Positions 9,153 through 18,636 of a stretch of 62,455 nt of DNA are shown here, in pieces. Each line of letters begins with the position of its first letter. Position 1 is the first letter of the stretch. Position numbers and translations under genes: made by a program. This DNA is from Patescibacteria group bacterium (GTDB lineage: Bacteria; Patescibacteriota; Microgenomatia; UBA1400; MFAQ01). Under the pieces are notes generated by a model. That model was given only the letters and a program-made list of their open reading frames with translations, had not been told where the DNA came from and made no database searches. The stretch covers positions 1-62,455 of the forward strand of contig CALRDV010000006.1 of NCBI GenBank assembly GCA_943355005.1. Reading direction: 5' to 3'.

Positions 9153-10193
9153 ATGGAAGAAATAAACAATTTTGAATTAAACAAAACTCCCGTTTCATTA
9201 GTCACGGGTGGTGCCGGATTTATAGGGTCGCATGTTGCAGACCATCTAATATCCATGGGTCACATGGTTGTTGTATTAGACGACCTGAGTGGAGGCTTTA
9301 TGAGAAATGTTAATACTAAAGCCATATTTGTTAAAGGGTCTGTCACAAATGAGAAAATTCTAGATGATTTGTTCCGTAATTATAATTTTGATTATGTATT
9401 TCACTTGGCCGCATATGCAGCAGAGGGATTGAGTCATTTTATTCGACAATTTAATTATAAAAACAATCTCATTGGTTCAATAAATCTAATAAACAGATCT
9501 GTAAAATTTGGTGTCAAACAGTTTGTGTTTACCTCTAGTATTGCTGTTTATGGTAAGAACCAAACACCAATGCTGGAAACGACTACCCCTTCTCCTGAAG
9601 ACCCATATGGTATATCTAAGTATGCTATTGAGCTAGATTTGAAGGCTGCTCATGAAATGTTTGGATTAAACTATACTATATTTAGGCCACACAATGTATA
9701 CGGAGAGCGACAAAATCATGGAGATCCATACAGAAACGTTTTAGGTATTTTTATTAACAATATTATGAAGGGTAAACCAATGACCATTTTTGGTGACGGT
9801 TCCCAGACCAGAGCTTTTAGTTATATCGACGATGTAGCTCCTTATATAGCAAGGTCGATTGAAACCCCAGACGCACTTAACCAGATAATTAATATCGGAG
9901 CCGATAAACCCTACTCCATAAATGAGTTAACCTCAGAAATCGCTAAGGCCATGAACGCAGAAGTAAATATTGAAAAGCTTCCCGCACGCAATGAAGTCGT
10001 AAATGCATATTCTGATCATTCAAAAGCAAGGACGATATTTAAAATTATATCAACAACTAATTTGGAGGATGGTATTAAAAAAATGGTAAAGTGGTCAAAA
10101 GAATTAGGACCAATGACTTCCAAAAAATTTAAAAATATAGAAATAAAGATCAATATGCCTCCTTCGTGGAGCGCGTTAATTTCAAAAAAATGA
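9153..10193 (+). CDS. NAD-dependent nucleotide-sugar epimerase/dehydratase (extended SDR)
   Basis: VTGGAGFIGSH, YGISKYAIE (YxxxK), FGDGSQTRAFSYIDD. ATG at 9153 preferred over GTG at 9120 (extended -10-like TGGTATATT at 9121-9129). Confidence 0.75.
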   Translation: MEEINNFELNKTPVSLVTGGAGFIGSHVADHLISMGHMVVVLDDLSGGFMRNVNTKAIFVKGSVTNEKILDDLFRNYNFDYVFHLAAYAAEGLSHFIRQFNYKNNLIGSINLINRSVKFGVKQFVFTSSIAVYGKNQTPMLETTTPSPEDPYGISKYAIELDLKAAHEMFGLNYTIFRPHNVYGERQNHGDPYRNVLGIFINNIMKGKPMTIFGDGSQTRAFSYIDDVAPYIARSIETPDALNQIINIGADKPYSINELTSEIAKAMNAEVNIEKLPARNEVVNAYSDHSKARTIFKIISTTNLEDGIKKMVKWSKELGPMTSKKFKNIEIKINMPPSWSALISKK

Positions 10194-11203
10194 AAGATTC
10201 CGGAATTATTAAAGTTAGCATTATTGTTCTTAATTACAATGGAATTCAGTTTTTAAGGAAATGTCTACCCTCTATTCAAAAACAAACCTATAAAAATATT
10301 GAAACCATTGTAACTGATAATAATTCTACCGACGGAAGCCAAAAATATGTTAAAAGTCTGGGATGGGTGAAGATATTGGAAAACAAACAAAACTACGGCT
10401 ATACAACAGCAAACAATTTAGCCGCTCTAAAGACATCAGGAAAGCTACTTTTATTTCTAAATAACGACACTGAACTCTTTCCGGATGCTATCGAGTCTAT
10501 GATTAAGTGCTATAAACCAAAGACTGTAGTGGCACCTGCACAAATTATCACTGGAAATAAGAAACGGGACAAAGTGGGGTCGGCCGGTCCTGGGATGGAC
10601 ATTTTTGGCTATTCCTATGTAAATACAGATCTGCCCAAAACAAAAATGTTTTATGTAGACGGTGCAGCCATTCTAATCGGTAAAAAAGATTTCTTAAAGA
10701 TCGGAAAGTTTGATGACGAGTTATTTATTTTTCACGAAGATGTTGATTTGAGCTGGCGGGCTCAAATTTTCGGATACAAATTAATTCGATGCTGGGAATC
10801 GAAATTATTTCACTACAGTGGAGGAAATGTTACAGGAGGGAGTAGAGTAAGTGCTGGAAAATATACGGCCAGTTATAATCGACTATATCTTAATCAGAAA
10901 AATGTTATTAGGAATCTTATAAAAAACTATTCTTTACCGTTTTTATTAATTATTCTTCCTTCCTTAATAGCCATCCATTTTTTTGAAATACTAGTTTTGT
11001 GCGCACTTGGTCAATTTTTAGCCGTAAATTGTTATTTTCTAGCCTATAAATGGAATATTCAAAATTTGGAAAGTACTTTAAAGCTTAGAAGGTGGATTCA
11101 AAAAAGGAGAACTGTTTCAGATTTTAAACTTATTTCTAAAATGTACTTTGCTTATTCAAAAATAACAGCGTTATATCGACTGGGGCTTCCAAGTTTTAAG
11201 TAG
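10190..11203 (+). CDS. GT2-family glycosyltransferase
   Basis: VSIIVLNYNGIQFLRKCLPSIQKQTY..TIVTDNNSTDGS, LLFLNNDT, FHEDVDLSWR; ATG at 10190 forms an ATGA overlap with the upstream stop. Confidence 0.8.
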   Translation: MKDSGIIKVSIIVLNYNGIQFLRKCLPSIQKQTYKNIETIVTDNNSTDGSQKYVKSLGWVKILENKQNYGYTTANNLAALKTSGKLLLFLNNDTELFPDAIESMIKCYKPKTVVAPAQIITGNKKRDKVGSAGPGMDIFGYSYVNTDLPKTKMFYVDGAAILIGKKDFLKIGKFDDELFIFHEDVDLSWRAQIFGYKLIRCWESKLFHYSGGNVTGGSRVSAGKYTASYNRLYLNQKNVIRNLIKNYSLPFLLIILPSLIAIHFFEILVLCALGQFLAVNCYFLAYKWNIQNLESTLKLRRWIQKRRTVSDFKLISKMYFAYSKITALYRLGLPSFK

Positions 11204-11211
11204 ATCAGCTA

Positions 11212-12357
11212 ATGGCAAGAAAAATAAGATTATTGATTAACGGAATTACTTTTGATGATGCTAATCTCGTTCCTTTAACTCAAAAAATACGTTATTGGAA
11301 AAAAAAAGGAGCCATTGTTTCCTTGATCGGGACTGATTATTTGGTCCAGAGAATAGGTACCGGATACATAGACAGATTAATTAATATTGGAGGGAAACCT
11401 CTCTCGGGAGGCAAATTTTCCTTTATAGGATATTCACTTACGAGAAATATTTTAGCTCTAACACATTGGAGAGAGATAGCAAAAGTAGATACTGTTTACT
11501 CAATTTCGTCTGTTTTAGATTTAGTTATTTTGCCGTTCTTATTGAAAAAAACCGGCAAAGTTAAATATTGGGTTACTGTTTTAGACAATACGGTACCTTT
11601 AATCTCAGAAGGAAAAATTATTGCCGGGAATTTCCTCGTTCGATTGTTAGCATGGGTGTTTTTTCAAATAAGTATCTACATGTTAAGATCAGCTGACACC
11701 ATATTCGTAGTAAAAAATGAACTTAAAACTTACTTAATAGATAGAAAATTTAAAGCTAGTAGGATCGTTGTTACTGGAAATGGAGTTGAAAAAGAATTTA
11801 TTTTAAAAGCAAAAAAACGTGTTAAATATCGTTATGATGGGCTATTTGTTGGACGTATAAACGAAGCTAAAGGCGTCTACGATTTATTAAAAGTGTTGAA
11901 AATTGTTAAAAGAATATATCCAAACTTTAAACTGGCGCTCATGGGAAAGGGTGATGATGATATCGAAAAAAAATATAAAGCAAAAATTAAAGAATTAAGG
12001 TTAGAAAAAAGTGTAAACTTGCTAGGGTTTAAAACAGGTCAGGAAAAATATGACATAATTAAATCTTGTAAAATATTTATATTTTTAAGCCATACAGAAA
12101 GTGTGCCTGTTGCGCCAATGGAGGCTGTTTGTTCCGGAAAAATAACTTTAGTTTACGATCTAGATGCCTACAATATGTATAAAAATAATGAAATTATTAA
12201 ATTTAAGCAAGGCGACTTTGTTTCTGTTGCTAATAAGATAATTGAAGTTTTTAAAAAAAGAAACTTCATAAACGAACCCGGAAAATTGTTACTTAAAAAA
12301 TACGATTGGACTTCGATTTCCAGAAAAGAATACAGTCACCTATCTACTAAACAATAA
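11212..12357 (+). CDS. GT-B (GT4-like) glycosyltransferase
   Basis: C-terminal half has GRINEAKG.., LGFKTG, SHTESVPVAPMEAVCSGKITLV (E-x7-E-like). Confidence 0.65.
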   Translation: MARKIRLLINGITFDDANLVPLTQKIRYWKKKGAIVSLIGTDYLVQRIGTGYIDRLINIGGKPLSGGKFSFIGYSLTRNILALTHWREIAKVDTVYSISSVLDLVILPFLLKKTGKVKYWVTVLDNTVPLISEGKIIAGNFLVRLLAWVFFQISIYMLRSADTIFVVKNELKTYLIDRKFKASRIVVTGNGVEKEFILKAKKRVKYRYDGLFVGRINEAKGVYDLLKVLKIVKRIYPNFKLALMGKGDDDIEKKYKAKIKELRLEKSVNLLGFKTGQEKYDIIKSCKIFIFLSHTESVPVAPMEAVCSGKITLVYDLDAYNMYKNNEIIKFKQGDFVSVANKIIEVFKKRNFINEPGKLLLKKYDWTSISRKEYSHLSTKQ

Positions 12358-12366
12358 TTTAGCCAA

Positions 12367-13188
12367 ATGATGAATTCAGCCAATAAACAAGTCAAAACAA
12401 TAAAATATAACAAAAAATATTTTGAGAGTCTTTTTAAGTCCCACGACTATTCAAAAAAAGTTAAGTTTGCGTCATTTGGCCATATATATAGAGATCTAGC
12501 GAACTTATGTAAATTATCCCCTGGAGATAAAGTAGTCGATTTTGGTTGTGGTAACGGAGAACTTAGTTTTTGTTTGTATCAAAAATATGGTGCAGAGGTT
12601 ACAGGCATAGATTATTCAGGTGACGCAATTCAAATAGCAAAAGATAACCTGGTAAAACTATGTAAAATAGACAAAAATCCAAATATTAGATTTATAAATG
12701 TCAACAACGATGGTCTCCCCAAACTTAAGAACATTAGCTATGTATATTTTTGTGATGTACTGGAGCATATGTACGACCACGAAATTTCTCAAGTATTAAA
12801 AAGGGTTAAGCTTTGGAATAATAAAAAAATTAGAATTGTGGTACACACAGACAACAATACTTTTCTCAGGTTTGTTCGGCCATTTATAGACGGACTATCT
12901 ATTATCACCGGAACAAGTAGTGTCCATCAGGTACAAAGCAGAAATTTGTGGGAATCGGAACGACATGTAAATTTGACAAATCCAAGTAAATTTAGAAAAA
13001 ATATTTCTAAATATGGCTTCAATGAAGTGAAATTATTCTACCCAGAGGTCAATATGGATAAGATAGAAAGACAGTTGGGGGGACTCTCTCGATTACCTCT
13101 ATTAAAAAAAATTGTGTTTTTCGCTTTAAAAATGCTCAAGCCATTAAGTCCTTCTTTCTACGGAGTATATGAATATGAGTCAAGGTAG
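12367..13188 (+). CDS. Class I SAM-dependent methyltransferase
   Basis: Motif I VVDFGCGNGELSF, TGIDYS, FCDVLEHM. Confidence 0.75.
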   Translation: MMNSANKQVKTIKYNKKYFESLFKSHDYSKKVKFASFGHIYRDLANLCKLSPGDKVVDFGCGNGELSFCLYQKYGAEVTGIDYSGDAIQIAKDNLVKLCKIDKNPNIRFINVNNDGLPKLKNISYVYFCDVLEHMYDHEISQVLKRVKLWNNKKIRIVVHTDNNTFLRFVRPFIDGLSIITGTSSVHQVQSRNLWESERHVNLTNPSKFRKNISKYGFNEVKLFYPEVNMDKIERQLGGLSRLPLLKKIVFFALKMLKPLSPSFYGVYEYESR

Positions 13189-15640
13189 GTTCGTAAAGTT
13201 TACGCGCCTTATACCAATTGTCGTCATCCTAATTTTATCTTTTATCCCGGTTGTTTTAACTTGGGGAAGAGTAGTTGTTGGTGGAGATACAACAATTCCT
13301 TTTGATAGCGCAGCCATCTCTAAATTTCTCTATCAATGGATTGGAGTCCAAAATGGTTCATATTTTTCTGTTAATTTTTATCCGCTTTACTTTTTTTATA
13401 AAATTGCTGAAATCCTCGGTCTCAGTTTTTATCAAATATCCTCTCTACTCTTGTTTGTACTCAGCTTGGTCGCTGGGTTAGGTGTCTACAGATTGACGAG
13501 ATTGTATTTTAAAAGTGGAAATTATTTTGATTTCATATTTCCAATAGCTTTTTATATGATGTCTCCTGCGTTACTCAACAGCTGGCACTATTTATATATC
13601 TATTCATTTTCACCTTGGTTCATTTATTTGCTTGTCAGTTTTGTTAAAAAGAAGGAAATCAATACTGTAGGCATTATTTTTCTTAATATCATAATATTTT
13701 GCGCCTCGATGGACCTACCAAATCCAAAATATATATTTTTTCTTCTTTTGAGTGCAATTACTATTGCTATTATTAGCTACATCACAAAATTAGTTGATAT
13801 TAAATTCCTTGTCAAAGTAATCTGGGCAATTGGTATTTCATTATTATTATCTGCTTATCTAATACTTCCTTTGGCAAATTTTGCTTTAAGATATACCCCC
13901 TCAAACTATGGAGTTACTGTAAATCCAGGGAATCAGGGAACCGATAGTATGTTAGATTCTGGATCAGCCACAATAAACAAGATGTTTGCAGTCCACCACA
14001 GTGGAGTCAACATTAACAAAGACGAAAGAGATGCGTATTTAAAAAATCCCTTGATAACCCTTACTGGTTATGTTTACCTGTTTGTGATTATTGCGGATAT
14101 TTTCCGTGCTAAAAAAAACAAGGGTAACCGATTACTTACCTCGCACAAACTTATATTTCTCGCTTTAATTGTTTTGTTTCTGATTTTATCAACCGGACCG
14201 AATCCTCCATTTGGTTATTTTTACATGCTCATTGTAACTAAGGTAAAACCGCTTGCGTTTTTAAGAACGACTGCCGGAGCTGTTTTTTTCTTAGGGTTGT
14301 TTTATTCAGTTTATATTTTTATATTTTTACAGACTTTGAAAAAATATAAGAACTTAATTCAGGCTATTTTAATAATCGCGGTACTTGTCACCGGTTATCC
14401 ACTAATAAATGGAGATTTTTTTGAGAACAATACAAATATTAATCAGTTCGCAAGTAAGGATACTAAGGGCTTTAAGTTAGCGTCTGATTATTTCGGCGTA
14501 TCTCCACTTATAAATAATCAAAAGGTTGACTCAAAAACATATTATCCGGGGATGGATTCATCTTACATATATACAAACTGGGGGTATTTTGGTCCAATGT
14601 TTTACACTTTTGCGTATAACACCTCTCCAATATCAGATAATATGATTATATATAATCGTGACTATCACAATATTGGATTAACTTTCTTGGATTTAACTGC
14701 TGTTCAAAGTACAACAACCCAACGATATTTCAAGAGACAGCCTATATACGACGGAAAAATAGTTAAACTCTTTCAAACCTCACAGTCAAACTTTCTACCC
14801 CATTTTTATACTCCTAAAATAGTAAGTTCAAATTACCTGGGTCCTAAACAGAATGAAGAATCTAGCCCAAGTCTGCCGTTTAATGTAAGGTCAGCAGTTT
14901 ACCCTAATAAAACAAATCTAAGAACTGTTGAGATACAAGATCTTCCTCACCTTGAATTTAAAAAAATTAATCCTACAAAATATAGAATTGTTGTTCATGA
15001 TGCATTCACAAGTTTCCCCTTAATATTTTCCGAATCTTTTAATTCCGGATGGAATATATTCGTTACCGATATGGAGAAACTTGGTAGACCAAAAGAAGAG
15101 GGGTTGCAGACGATCTTGCAGAAAGTTCCATATAAAATTTTAGTCGGCAACGAAACAAATCAAGCCACCAAAGAGGAACTTATTAGTTTTGTAAAAAACG
15201 GCTTAGTAACTGATTTGGGGGATGGGAGAATAAAAAAAAACAATTATTATAAGTGGGAAAATGCAAAAAAAATCTTGGACTATACAGAAGATTTCAGTGT
15301 TGATTTCATTTCCAAAAACTTTCAGGATACCATACAAAACGATAATTTAAGAAATGGTCATTTCTATGAAACTTGGTTCTCAAAACCAATACAAGCTGAT
15401 CATCAAGTCGTAAATGGCTACGCCAATTCATGGATCATTGACCCATCCAGCATATGTAGTTTCAATAAATCTTGTATCAAAAATGAAGATGGTTCCTTTG
15501 ACTTTGAAATCACTGTTGAATTTTGGCCACAAAAACTCTTTTACATTGGAGTCGGAATTTCAACGATCACGGTCTCAACTATTCTTATCTTACTTGCTTT
15601 CGGCTTTCTAAGAAAAAGAAAAATATCCTTTGTTGATTAA
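13169..15640 (+). CDS. Very large polytopic membrane protein, AftD/DUF3367-like GT-C candidate
   Basis: 823 aa; first loop GGDTTIPFDSAAISKFLYQW resembles the DT..d....f...W loop of DUF3367/arabinofuranosyltransferase-like proteins (recalled, not searched); many TM helices, ~300-aa extracytoplasmic region, C-terminal TM anchor. Confidence 0.45.
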   Translation: MNMSQGRFVKFTRLIPIVVILILSFIPVVLTWGRVVVGGDTTIPFDSAAISKFLYQWIGVQNGSYFSVNFYPLYFFYKIAEILGLSFYQISSLLLFVLSLVAGLGVYRLTRLYFKSGNYFDFIFPIAFYMMSPALLNSWHYLYIYSFSPWFIYLLVSFVKKKEINTVGIIFLNIIIFCASMDLPNPKYIFFLLLSAITIAIISYITKLVDIKFLVKVIWAIGISLLLSAYLILPLANFALRYTPSNYGVTVNPGNQGTDSMLDSGSATINKMFAVHHSGVNINKDERDAYLKNPLITLTGYVYLFVIIADIFRAKKNKGNRLLTSHKLIFLALIVLFLILSTGPNPPFGYFYMLIVTKVKPLAFLRTTAGAVFFLGLFYSVYIFIFLQTLKKYKNLIQAILIIAVLVTGYPLINGDFFENNTNINQFASKDTKGFKLASDYFGVSPLINNQKVDSKTYYPGMDSSYIYTNWGYFGPMFYTFAYNTSPISDNMIIYNRDYHNIGLTFLDLTAVQSTTTQRYFKRQPIYDGKIVKLFQTSQSNFLPHFYTPKIVSSNYLGPKQNEESSPSLPFNVRSAVYPNKTNLRTVEIQDLPHLEFKKINPTKYRIVVHDAFTSFPLIFSESFNSGWNIFVTDMEKLGRPKEEGLQTILQKVPYKILVGNETNQATKEELISFVKNGLVTDLGDGRIKKNNYYKWENAKKILDYTEDFSVDFISKNFQDTIQNDNLRNGHFYETWFSKPIQADHQVVNGYANSWIIDPSSICSFNKSCIKNEDGSFDFEITVEFWPQKLFYIGVGISTITVSTILILLAFGFLRKRKISFVD

Positions 15641-15646
15641 TTAATT

Positions 15647-17239
15647 ATGACAAAAAAACATCTTAGCTATATTTCACTATCGATTTTTCTTTTGATATTA
15701 GGAGTCTACAACCTTTTTAATCTTTTAAATAATCAAGAATTCGGGATACTAAACTTGGATGTTCGAGGAAACACAGAGCAACTTATCGCTACAAAATCCG
15801 GAGAGTTACTTAAAGGTGATAAGGTCTGGGGTGCTTTTCATTCTGACTATTCAAATTTAGGCATATTGTCGATGCGGTTTTATAACGGTGATAGAGATAG
15901 TAAAGATACTTTGATTTTCAGATTTAAAGAAGAAGGTAATGATAAATGGCTTTATGAGGCTAAGTATGAAACGGATCAATTTGTTCCTCATCAATTATTT
16001 CCATTTGGTTTTCCCATAATTTATAACTCTGCGGATAGGAATTATGTATTTGAATTGGAATCGGCCAGAGGAGCCACGGGCAGTGGAATATACATTGACA
16101 ATTCACAACCTGTTTTTGTTGCAAAATCAACCTATGCCAGGTCAGATTTGATGAACAATAACAATCTGCTAATTTATTTTATTAAAAATAAAATTTTAAA
16201 CATCTTTGGAGATCAATACATTTTGGCAAATATTTTTGTATGTTTCTTGCCTCTTATTATCTTTTTGGCCTTTATCGCGACTAGTGGTTTGATTTACCAG
16301 TATTTATCTATTTTTGCTTTTACTCTTATCTTGCTGGACATATTTCTATTAAATAATCACAACGATTATTATTATGTGTATTTCCTGTTTTTATGGTCCT
16401 TAATTTCACAGAGATATCGATTTGAAACCAAGATATCCACACTTATATCCTTCATTCTTTACATTGTCACTAGTATCATTTTTGTATTAGGAAGCAGAGA
16501 TGTATCTGAAAAAACAGGGGTGTGGGCGCTTGTTTTTTTACTTTTCTCGACCATACAAACCATCTTTGAACTTAACAACTCTAAGATAAGATCAATGACA
16601 TTGAGGTATTTTGTAAAAAACTTGTTTCGTTTTGAACCAATATCCGATCAAAAGGTAATTAAAATTCCGGAAAAATTTCTAAAAGTTTTATATGCAATAT
16701 TTTTAGTTTATGTGTTCTATTCAACATCATTCCATATCTATCAAGCTATAGAAAAATACAAGCAATTTTATCCAACTTCTTATCTTGGCAAGTTTAGTTT
16801 TTCTTTTTTGCTGCCAGAATTTATACTGGTGTTGACACTGTCTTTATTATATTTATATAAAAGAGTAGTAATAGTTAAATCAAAAATTCTTTTGGTTGTA
16901 ATATTTACGGTTTTCTATTTTTCAACCAGGCAGATAATTTACCAGTCGCTCTCTTTTGAAAGCTTACCCACCATTTTTTCCGTCTCACCTGAGCACACTA
17001 ATGAGGCGTGGGTTGATGTGGTGGTAAAAGGTAAAAACTTTAGAAATATACCATTTATCGGTAAGGTATATATTAGCGATATCGAACAGGGTGAATATCT
17101 AGTTTTATGGTCTGATGAAAAGATTGTTTTTAGAACCAGCCCGACATTGACAACGACGGGAGAAATTAAAGTTGTTCCCTTGGACCGGAAACCTTCAAAC
17201 AGTGTACCTTTTATGTATAATTTTAAATATATAAAATGA
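15647..17239 (+). CDS. Polytopic membrane protein with C-terminal IPT/TIG-like beta-sandwich domain
   Basis: C-terminus IFSVSPEHTNEAWVDVVVKGKNFRN..VYISD..LVLWSDEKIVFRTSP..TGEIKVVP matches the IPT/TIG pattern; central multi-TM block. Confidence 0.55.
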   Translation: MTKKHLSYISLSIFLLILGVYNLFNLLNNQEFGILNLDVRGNTEQLIATKSGELLKGDKVWGAFHSDYSNLGILSMRFYNGDRDSKDTLIFRFKEEGNDKWLYEAKYETDQFVPHQLFPFGFPIIYNSADRNYVFELESARGATGSGIYIDNSQPVFVAKSTYARSDLMNNNNLLIYFIKNKILNIFGDQYILANIFVCFLPLIIFLAFIATSGLIYQYLSIFAFTLILLDIFLLNNHNDYYYVYFLFLWSLISQRYRFETKISTLISFILYIVTSIIFVLGSRDVSEKTGVWALVFLLFSTIQTIFELNNSKIRSMTLRYFVKNLFRFEPISDQKVIKIPEKFLKVLYAIFLVYVFYSTSFHIYQAIEKYKQFYPTSYLGKFSFSFLLPEFILVLTLSLLYLYKRVVIVKSKILLVVIFTVFYFSTRQIIYQSLSFESLPTIFSVSPEHTNEAWVDVVVKGKNFRNIPFIGKVYISDIEQGEYLVLWSDEKIVFRTSPTLTTTGEIKVVPLDRKPSNSVPFMYNFKYIK

Positions 17240-18636
17240 TTAAGAAAATCAACCAAATTGGTCCATTAATCCTTTTTTTGTGTTTATTTTTTCTTCCTTC
17301 CCTGTTTACTTTCTTCTCCGGTGACGACTGGTTTCACCTTCGAATCACCCAAATAAGTTCAATAAGTGAGTTTTTAAACTTCTTTTCTTTTTCACACACG
17401 GCGCAATCTGCCGCCTTCTGGAGACCCCTTCCCACCCAAGTCTTTTTCTTCGTATTCCAAAAACTTTTCGAGTTGACTGTCTGGCCATATCACTTATTCG
17501 TTCTAATCTGCTTTGGATATTCTCTTTATTTAGTCAAGAAGTTCAGTTCTCTATATCTAAAATCCGAAATTCAGCAACTGTTATCAGTACTAATCTATGG
17601 TCTTTCGGTTTCCAACTTCACCAGACTCTATTTCCTATCCTCATTCCAAGAGATCTCTTTGGTTATTTTTTCACTTCTTTGTCTGCTAAATTTTCCAAAA
17701 TCTAAATACAAGGCTACTTTTTTCTTTGTCTTGGCTCTGATGTCGAAAGAGACCGCTGTGGTAATACCTCTGCTTATACTTCTGTTTAATTTTAGAGAGA
17801 TCAAAAAGACAGTTGTCTCCATTTTGCCTTTGGCCGGAATACTTCTCGCTTATCTTTATTTTCGCTTTGTCGTTTTTGGTTCGCCGGTAGGGGATAGCTA
17901 CACTTGGAACTTCTCTCCCGCGAAGGCTGCCAATACTCTTCTGTGGTACGTCCTCTGGAGTTTTGGTGCCCCCGAACTTTTAGTTGATTATGTCGGTAGT
18001 GGGTTTAGATTGATGCCCAAGTTTTTCACAGATTATGCCGTTTGGTGGAAAGTGATCATTCTCTTACTCATGGGTACTATTGGGACAACCGGTTTGTTAT
18101 TCATCCAAAAAATTAAGAAAGTAGACTTTATGTTTTTGAAGTTAGACTTGTTCTTCTTGATTACTATTTTTCCCGTTCTATTTCTTCCTTCGCACAAGTT
18201 TGCGCTGGAGTTGGGTCTACCACTGGTTGGCTTCTCGATGGCTATTGCCTGGCTCATTCCCAAGAAACTCAACATTTTGAGTTTTAGTTTTTTTGCTTTT
18301 TTTGTATTTTTGAATTTGTCTATGAACTACTTAACTTACATAAGACATTACTCTGTCAGTAGGGGAGAAATCTCGCAAAAAGTTTATCAACATATCTCAA
18401 AGAATTACGCGGTCTACCCAAGTGGTAAATATTTCGAATTTATTAATGATTCTGGAGACTACGGTGCGGAGTGGGGGCAATCCAAGCAAATATCCCAATC
18501 TTTATCGGGTTCGGACTTTTTCAAGGTTTACTACAAGAACCCAGACATAAAGGTATATTATCAAGATATACAGGAAGCTATTCCTGCCGGTCAAACCCCA
18601 ATATTTTTAAGCACTAAACAATTTTTATCCCGGTGA
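17236..18636 (+). CDS. GT-C fold membrane glycosyltransferase (PMT_2/ArnT-like)
   Basis: First-loop acidic motif FFSGDDWFHLR right after TM1, at least 10 TM helices, soluble C-terminal tail; ATGA overlap upstream. Confidence 0.55.
   Translation: MIKKINQIGPLILFLCLFFLPSLFTFFSGDDWFHLRITQISSISEFLNFFSFSHTAQSAAFWRPLPTQVFFFVFQKLFELTVWPYHLFVLICFGYSLYLVKKFSSLYLKSEIQQLLSVLIYGLSVSNFTRLYFLSSFQEISLVIFSLLCLLNFPKSKYKATFFFVLALMSKETAVVIPLLILLFNFREIKKTVVSILPLAGILLAYLYFRFVVFGSPVGDSYTWNFSPAKAANTLLWYVLWSFGAPELLVDYVGSGFRLMPKFFTDYAVWWKVIILLLMGTIGTTGLLFIQKIKKVDFMFLKLDLFFLITIFPVLFLPSHKFALELGLPLVGFSMAIAWLIPKKLNILSFSFFAFFVFLNLSMNYLTYIRHYSVSRGEISQKVYQHISKNYAVYPSGKYFEFINDSGDYGAEWGQSKQISQSLSGSDFFKVYYKNPDIKVYYQDIQEAIPAGQTPIFLSTKQFLSR

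Noticed and set aside
7928-9256. Long form of the minus-strand GT-B ORF (442 aa) and the GTG-9120 start of the plus-strand epimerase
   Set aside because: The two long forms overlap head-to-head by 137 nt. The extra N-terminal 54 aa has no GT-like features. The internal ATG at 9094 and the ATG at 9153 leave a sensible 58-bp divergent promoter region containing TGGTATATT.
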